This document shows, piece after piece, positions 58,883 through 64,000 of a DNA stretch of 64,000 bases. A program made the position numbers and the translations under genes. The notes below the pieces were generated by a model, which searched no databases, was not told the origin of the DNA, and saw nothing but the letters and a program-made list of their open reading frames with translations. This DNA is from a virus: the IMG/VR virus record IMGVR_UViG_3300031787_011371, positions 9,367 to 73,366 of that record, one strand, 5' to 3'. Position 1 is the first letter of the stretch. Every line of letters begins with the position of its first letter.

Positions 58883-59518
58883 ATGAGCAATTCAGATAAA
58901 TACGTAATATCCGAATTTTATGCTTTTCAAGCTGATTCAAAATTGATAAAAGAAGCTGAAGAAAAGCATCAGCCTATAGTCATGAAAGGTATTCTTCAAA
59001 AGGCTAATACAGAAAATAGAAATGGTAGAGTTTACCCTTTGGATATATTAAAAAGAGAAGCTAAAAAATACGAAGAAGCTGTAAGAGAAAGAAGAGCCAC
59101 TGGCGAATTGGACCATCCAGATTCTGCTGTAGTAAGTTTATCTAATGTTTCTCATATGGTTACAGAAATGTGGTGGGATGGCGATACTCTTATGGGTAAA
59201 GTTCAAATATTAGAAACTCCTTCTGGTGAAATATTAAAAGGCCTTTTGAAAAGTGGAGTAATGTTAGGTATTTCTTCTAGAGGTGTTGGTTCTGTAAAAA
59301 ATAAAAATGGTCTTGATGTAGTTCAAGAAGATTTCGAGCTAATAGCTTTTGACTTTGTTTCATCACCTTCTACACCTGGGGCTTATTTATTTAAAGAAGG
59401 AAGAAGTTGGGGATTAACTAAATTAGATAAGTCAAGTTCTAAAATTTTAAAGCCAAACGAAATTAATAATTATAACAATTTAAAAGAATTATCCGATAAA
59501 AGTTTTTGGAAAAAATAA
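58883..59518 (+). CDS. Prohead core protease, T4 gp21-like
   Basis: NRNGRVYP, GELDHP (His), GISSRG.GS (Ser), FDFVSSPSTPGA (Asp). Confidence 0.93.
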   Translation: MSNSDKYVISEFYAFQADSKLIKEAEEKHQPIVMKGILQKANTENRNGRVYPLDILKREAKKYEEAVRERRATGELDHPDSAVVSLSNVSHMVTEMWWDGDTLMGKVQILETPSGEILKGLLKSGVMLGISSRGVGSVKNKNGLDVVQEDFELIAFDFVSSPSTPGAYLFKEGRSWGLTKLDKSSSKILKPNEINNYNNLKELSDKSFWKK

Positions 59519-59537
59519 TATAAAAAATAGAATTTAT

Positions 59538-59556
59538 TTTTTTTCTAACTATTTAT
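59538..59556 (+). promoter_or_regulatory. Putative late promoter (TTTTTTTCTAACTATTTAT)
   Basis: Identical copy of the element upstream of the protease. Confidence 0.65.
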
Positions 59557-59592
59557 CGTTAAAACCTTTCATTAAAAGTAAAAATAATAAAA

Positions 59593-61020
59593 ATGTCTGA
59601 AACTAAAAAAACATCTCTAGAGAAAGCAATATTAGAGGCTAGAGAAATAGAAAATGCAGCCATTAACAGTGCAAAGAAAATTGTAGAAGAATCTATTATT
59701 TCTAAAATTGAAGAAACTGTTAAAAGTGCTTTAACTGATTTGGAGAAAAATTCTTTAAATGAAGGAGTGTCAATAGACGTTGGTGGAGCTGACGTTTCTT
59801 TTGATGTTGAAGATGGAATTACATCAATTAAAGTTGATGCTGATGAAGAGGATTTAACAATTACTCCTACTGAAGATGAAAACGAAGATGATGAAAATGA
59901 AGTTGAAAACAACGAAGATGAAAATGACGAAGTTGAAAACGACGAAGACGAAAATGATGAAGACGAAAATGATGAAGATATGGAAGGTGAAGAAGAACAA
60001 TTGTTTGAAATAAATCTTTTCGAAGAAGAATTGCCTGCTGCACCAGAGGCAACTGAAGCTGCGCCAGCAGAAGAAATGCCAGCAGAAGAAATGCCAGCAG
60101 AAGAAGCGGGTGCAACTGGTATGACAGTTGAAGTTCCTACAGCTTCAGCTATTGAAGATTTATCTGCAAAATTAGATGCTATTCTTTCAAAATTAGAAGC
60201 TCCTGCTGAATCAGCTGAAGATATAAATGCTGAGCCAGCTGCTGCTACAGAAGCAGGCGAAGAGGCACCATCAGCTGAAGGTGAAATAGAAATAGTTGAT
60301 GATGAAGCTGTTGTTACAGAAAATAATCTATTAGAAATTGATATAGTAGGAGAAGATGATGATAATGAGTTTTCTTTTGAATTAGATGATTCTGAAGAAA
60401 ATTTTGAAGATGATTCTGAAGAAGATGATGATGAAATAAATGATATTTTAAATACTTTAAATTCTGAAGAAGATTTTGAAGATGAACCATTAGATGAGAT
60501 GAGAGGTGCAAGTCACAGTGTTCAAAGAGCTTTTGGCAACAGAGAACATAGAGCTGATGACGGACACCATTCACCTATATATGTAAACGAAAATAAGGCT
60601 CAAGAGGAGGCTGTAGTGGCTGAGCTAATTAAGGAAAACGAAAGTTTAAGAAAATCCCTAAAAGAGTACAAAGAATCATTCAAAGTACTCAGAAAACAAA
60701 TTAACGAGGTTCAAACTTTTAATGCAAAGTTAGCTTATGTTAACAAGTTGTTCTCAAAGGGAGGTTTAACTAATGACGAAAAAGTACAAATCGCTGAAAG
60801 TTTTGATGAAGTGAACACTGTTGAAGAAGCAAAAACACTTTACAATAAAATTATAAGCGAAAGTAAAACTTTTTCAAATAGTAAAACTGAACAACTAAAA
60901 AGCAAGTTGAAGTCACCAAATCCAAATGTTGCACCTTCTACGAAATCTGAAGCTTTATATGAAAGCAGAGAAATTTCAAGAATGAAACAATTGGCTGGTA
61001 TAGAAACCTTGAAATCTTAA
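59593..61020 (+). CDS. Prohead scaffold protein, gp22-like
   Basis: Between protease and MCP; highly acidic middle; C-term coiled coil NEVQTFNAKLAYVNKLF...FD.V....EAK..Y and RMKQLAGI. Confidence 0.8.
   Translation: MSETKKTSLEKAILEAREIENAAINSAKKIVEESIISKIEETVKSALTDLEKNSLNEGVSIDVGGADVSFDVEDGITSIKVDADEEDLTITPTEDENEDDENEVENNEDENDEVENDEDENDEDENDEDMEGEEEQLFEINLFEEELPAAPEATEAAPAEEMPAEEMPAEEAGATGMTVEVPTASAIEDLSAKLDAILSKLEAPAESAEDINAEPAAATEAGEEAPSAEGEIEIVDDEAVVTENNLLEIDIVGEDDDNEFSFELDDSEENFEDDSEEDDDEINDILNTLNSEEDFEDEPLDEMRGASHSVQRAFGNREHRADDGHHSPIYVNENKAQEEAVVAELIKENESLRKSLKEYKESFKVLRKQINEVQTFNAKLAYVNKLFSKGGLTNDEKVQIAESFDEVNTVEEAKTLYNKIISESKTFSNSKTEQLKSKLKSPNPNVAPSTKSEALYESREISRMKQLAGIETLKS
59872..60105 (+). 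repeat. In-frame low-complexity repeats in scaffold (END/EDE units; 15-bp PAEEM x3)
   Basis: gaagatgaaaa(t/c) units at 59872-59980; ccagcagaagaaatg repeated at 60064-60105. Confidence 0.7.
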
Positions 61021-61049
61021 CAAACAAACAAATTTAAAATTAAAAAAAA

Positions 61050-62615
61050 ATGAGTGAATTATTAAACAGCGGTAATGTTGGTTTGACAACTCTAAGAACT
61101 CTTTCAGAACAAAGAAAAGAGATTGTTGGAAACTGGGAAAGGTCTGGACTTTTAGAAGGTCTTAACGGAGCTAAAAAATCAAACATTGCTCAATTATTAG
61201 AAAACCAAGCGTCTCACATGTTGAACGAAGTAACGCTTGACTCTTCTGCAGGTCGTTTTGATACTGTAGCATTCCCTATGGTTAGAAGAATCTTCTCAAG
61301 ATTGCTTGCTAACGAAATCGTTTCAGTACAGCCACTTGCTCTTCCTTCAGGACTTTTGTTCTATATGGATGCAAGAGTATCTACTAACAAAGTAGCTCCT
61401 GCTAACACTGCAAACGGACAAGGTGGACCTTCATTTGCTAGTACATCTGCTTACGAAAGATTCTATGATAACAGAGGTTATGATGCTTCTTTTGGTACAG
61501 GAGAAACTAAGTATGGTACTCCAATCGCTTATACATCTGGTTCTACTGAATTAGTATCTGGTCTTGTTACTGATACTTTTGCTTTAGGTGCTACTTTTGA
61601 TGTTAACAAGCAGCAATCAAGCTCTTCGCTTAGATTCTCTGCAGTAACTAACGTTGTATATAACAATACAGTTGTTTATACTGCTGGTGATAGCGTTAAG
61701 TTCTACTCTCAAATGCAGACTTGGGGTGAAGACCAATTTGCTTCTCAGCAAGCTAATGTTATTCTTGACATCAGACCTGCTGGAGTTTATGGTTCTGACT
61801 TTGATGATAGCTTAGTTGCTAACTTTACAGTTGTTCCAGCTTATGAAGTATTCAATGACCTTGAAGCTAAATCTGAAATGAGCGAACTTACAATCAGATT
61901 CTCTTCTGTAACTGTAAACACTGTTACAAGAAAAATGAGAGCACACTGGACTCCAGAACTTGCTCAAGACCTTGAAGCATACCACAGCATTGATGCTGAA
62001 GCTGAGCTTACTGCTCTTCTTTCAGAAGAAGTTGCTGCTGAAATCGACAGAGAAATCATCAGAGACCTTATCAATGGTGCTATGTTCGAAACAAGATGGG
62101 ATTATGCAGGTTTAAGAAACAATGCTAACTTCTTCGGAACTCAGAAGGACTGGAACCAAACTCTTATCACAAGAGTGAACGAAATTTCAGCTCAAATCCA
62201 CAAAGCAACTCTTAGAGGTGGTGCTAACTGGATTATCTGTTCTGCTGAAGCTGGTGCAATCTTTGATGACCTTGAGTACTTCCACGTAGATGGTTCAGCA
62301 CAAGCTGAAACTGAGAAGTATAACTTAGGTATCGAGAAGATTGGTAACCTTGGAAACAGATATGTAGTCTACAAAGACCCTTACATGCCTGCAAACATCG
62401 TTCTTCTTGGACACAAAGGAGATACATTCTTAGAAGCTGGTTATGTGTATGCACCGTACATTCCGTTACAACTTACACAAACTATCTATGACCCTAACGA
62501 TTTCACGCCTAGAAAAGGTATCATGACTCGTTACGCTAAGAAGATGGTTAACAACAGATTCTATGGAGTTATCATCATCGATAACATCAATACTTATCAG
62601 CAAGTTTATAGCTAA
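61050..62615 (+). CDS. Major capsid protein, T4 gp23-like
   Basis: LLENQA, FPMVRR, VSVQP...PSGL.FY, RKMRA.WTPELAQDL.A.H.IDAEAEL..L...EIDREI, GY.YAPYIPL, P.KG.MTRY. Confidence 0.96.
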   Translation: MSELLNSGNVGLTTLRTLSEQRKEIVGNWERSGLLEGLNGAKKSNIAQLLENQASHMLNEVTLDSSAGRFDTVAFPMVRRIFSRLLANEIVSVQPLALPSGLLFYMDARVSTNKVAPANTANGQGGPSFASTSAYERFYDNRGYDASFGTGETKYGTPIAYTSGSTELVSGLVTDTFALGATFDVNKQQSSSSLRFSAVTNVVYNNTVVYTAGDSVKFYSQMQTWGEDQFASQQANVILDIRPAGVYGSDFDDSLVANFTVVPAYEVFNDLEAKSEMSELTIRFSSVTVNTVTRKMRAHWTPELAQDLEAYHSIDAEAELTALLSEEVAAEIDREIIRDLINGAMFETRWDYAGLRNNANFFGTQKDWNQTLITRVNEISAQIHKATLRGGANWIICSAEAGAIFDDLEYFHVDGSAQAETEKYNLGIEKIGNLGNRYVVYKDPYMPANIVLLGHKGDTFLEAGYVYAPYIPLQLTQTIYDPNDFTPRKGIMTRYAKKMVNNRFYGVIIIDNINTYQQVYS

Positions 62616-62642
62616 TCAGTTATAAATTGATAGATAGAAATT

Positions 62643-62672
62643 GAGGTCAACATTAGTTGACCTCTTTTTTTT
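62643..62672 (+). terminator. Rho-independent terminator after MCP
   Basis: GAGGTCAAC-atta-GTTGACCTC-TTTTTTTT. Confidence 0.88.
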
Positions 62673-62676
62673 CTAT

Positions 62677-62937
62677 TTAATTTTCTTTTTTAATAAATCC
62701 ACATTCACGTAAAAAACCTTGTCCTACTGGTGAGCCTAACCATTGAATTGTAGAAATAACAATCTTTTTTTCATGTTCAGTAAGTCTATTTGCTGGAAAA
62801 TTTCCATTACTATCTCCCATGCCAAACACTAAAAAATCCATATCATTATGATTGTGAGAATTGTGTTCAATAAATTTATCATGAAACTCTTTCTCTTTAG
62901 GATTACTTTCGTGTCTATAAGTTTTAAAACCTTCCAT
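62677..62937 (-). CDS. Small hypothetical protein
   Basis: Full ORF; ends IQWLGSPVGQGFL. Confidence 0.6.
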   Translation of the reverse strand: MEGFKTYRHESNPKEKEFHDKFIEHNSHNHNDMDFLVFGMGDSNGNFPANRLTEHEKKIVISTIQWLGSPVGQGFLRECGFIKKEN

Positions 62938-62940
62938 AAT

Positions 62941-63168
62941 TTATTTAATAGTACTGAATAAAACAATTATTAATACAAAAGAAACTAAACCAATAATGTT
63001 AAACAAATTAAAATAGATTGCAAATTTTCTTTCATCACCTTCTTTCCCTTTAATAATCAAATCGTCTGAGATTTGTTTAAAACCATAATCATATATTAAT
63101 TCTAAATTTGTCTTAAAGACAATAAAGAAATAAATACACAAAAATACTAGAACAATATTACTAAACAT
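62941..63168 (-). CDS. Small two-helix membrane protein
   Basis: Hydrophobic segments IVLVFLCIYFFIVF and LFNIIGLVSFVLIIVLF. Confidence 0.6.
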   Translation of the reverse strand: MFSNIVLVFLCIYFFIVFKTNLELIYDYGFKQISDDLIIKGKEGDERKFAIYFNLFNIIGLVSFVLIIVLFSTIK

Positions 63169-63190
63169 GATAATAAATTTAAATTAATAA

Positions 63191-63640
63191 TTAAAATGGA
63201 TATTTATTTTCGAAAACTAGTTTTGTTGAATCATTTTCAACTTTAACAGTTATATCAAAAGCTTTTTTTGTTGAGAATTCACTATTTAAATAATGCATTA
63301 CATAAGTATTTTCATCAATTTTATCCATACTTTTAAGACTGGAATTTGACATATTTACAAATTCATTCTCATATTTTTTCTTTAATTCTTCTTTGCCAAA
63401 TTTTTCAATACTTTCTAAAGAAGTAAAACTTATCATCTTATCGTATTGTCCTAATTTTCTTAAAGACTTAAAAAAAGATAAAAAATCTGTTCCGTATATA
63501 ATGGCTGGATTTGAGAATTCAGATTTTTTTATTTCTTCTTTTTTTTCTGATACTTTTACTTCCAAAACTTTTTCCTCTTTCTTTTCGCTACATGATACAA
63601 GAACAAGAGAGGCAATAATTAGTGTCATTATTTTTTTCAT
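63191..63640 (-). CDS. Lipoprotein (SPII signal), NTF2-like body possible
   Basis: MKKIMTLIIASLVLVS|CSEKKEEK lipobox; ATG at 63640 preferred over the track start 63754. Confidence 0.7.
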   Translation of the reverse strand: MKKIMTLIIASLVLVSCSEKKEEKVLEVKVSEKKEEIKKSEFSNPAIIYGTDFLSFFKSLRKLGQYDKMISFTSLESIEKFGKEELKKKYENEFVNMSNSSLKSMDKIDENTYVMHYLNSEFSTKKAFDITVKVENDSTKLVFENKYPF

Positions 63641-63680
63641 ATTTATCTTTTTATAAGAAAACGTTTTTTTTATAAAAATA

Positions 63681-64000
63681 TTACGAATTAATAGATTCTT
63701 TTTTATTAATCTCATCACGAATTTTTGCAGCTTTTTCGTAATCTTCATTTTCAATTGCTTCAGCCAACAATTCTTCTTGCGTTCTTTCTGTAACTTTTAC
63801 TTCCTCAACTTTTTCTGTAAACTCCTTAATCATTTCAACAAATTCTTTAGAATTTTCATGATTTTTTGTTATGTTACCCATAAAATCAAAAGGATTAAGA
63901 TTATCAGTTATGTCTAATAAAACATATCCTAAATCAGATTCTTTTATTTTATTTAACTCATCAGACAAAACTCCTATATCTTCTTTTGAGATGAAATAAA
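63681..64000 (-). CDS. Protein with C-terminal UVR (UvrB/C) coiled-coil motif; start lies outside the window
   Basis: LAEAIENEDYEKAAKIRDEI; frame stays open upstream of 63968 to the window edge. Confidence 0.7.
   Translation of the reverse strand, partial: YFISKEDIGVLSDELNKIKESDLGYVLLDITDNLNPFDFMGNITKNHENSKEFVEMIKEFTEKVEEVKVTERTQEELLAEAIENEDYEKAAKIRDEINKKESINS

Noticed and set aside
55482-62580. Diversity-generating retroelement (TR/VR pair) explaining the MCP-tail duplication
   Set aside because: Similarity is at protein level with indels, not near-identical DNA differing at adenines, and no reverse transcriptase is in the window
58883-62615. Introns, inteins or homing endonucleases in head genes
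   Set aside because: Protease, scaffold and MCP are uninterrupted and of expected size; no LAGLIDADG, HNH or GIY-YIG motifs noticed
3421-63656. Numerous short opposite-strand ORFs in the track (e.g. 5090, 9598, 21553, 24027, 38398, 59559)
   Set aside because: Shadow frames of well-supported genes, with Ser/Phe/Ile-biased composition typical of antisense translation of AT-rich genes
63641-63754. N-terminal extension of the lipoprotein ORF given in the track
   Set aside because: Overlaps the UVR gene and would bury the signal peptide; ATG at 63640 gives a canonical SPII signal
1-64000. Alternative genetic code (TAG/TGA recoding) as in some large Bacteroidota phages
   Set aside because: Standard-code ORFs tile the window almost completely and conserved proteins (MCP, Gmd, GalE, gp6-like) are full length; TGA is used as a real stop at 1608
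1-64000. CRISPR array, tRNA or rRNA genes
   Set aside because: Intergenic gaps are all under about 170 bp; no repeat-spacer periodicity or cloverleaf with T-loop seen. A tRNAscan run would confirm

Overview
Very AT-rich, densely coding 64 kb segment of a large T4-like (contractile-tailed, probably jumbo/huge) phage using the standard genetic code. Host-type TTTG-N19/20-TAnnTTTG promoters, a lipoprotein signal peptide and the lack of Shine-Dalgarno sites point to a Bacteroidota host. Layout: glycan-modification cluster I (<1-9283), baseplate/tail module (9333-24891; gp25-, gp6- and gp5-like genes plus Calx-beta, DNRLRE and carboxypeptidase-regulatory-like domains), a gp55-like sigma factor, two more glycosyltransferases and accessory genes (24929-32488), glycan cluster II (32564-50564; GalE, Gmd, Fcl, GT2/GT4/GT6/GT10, many methyltransferases, SGNH) and a head module (50682-62615; acidic internal-type proteins, PhoH, gp21 protease, gp22 scaffold, gp23 MCP). 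Most unusual observations: (1) a gp21 protease paralogue with all three catalytic residues replaced and (2) a protein ending in a ~60-aa copy of the MCP C-terminus, both apparently behind host-type promoters (possible structural-protein decoys or regulators); (3) two short peptide motifs, RxKxLAG and LKxIIxEE, shared among the scaffold and other head-region proteins and followed by L/I-x-E sites (a putative capsid-cargo addressing system); (4) a late-promoter motif TATTTAT, the reverse complement of the T4 late promoter; (5) a candidate ~85-nt sRNA beside the sigma gene; (6) about 16 glycosyltransferase genes, including a TibC/Aah-like protein O-glycosyltransferase fusion. All family calls come from motifs recognised by eye; no database searches were run.
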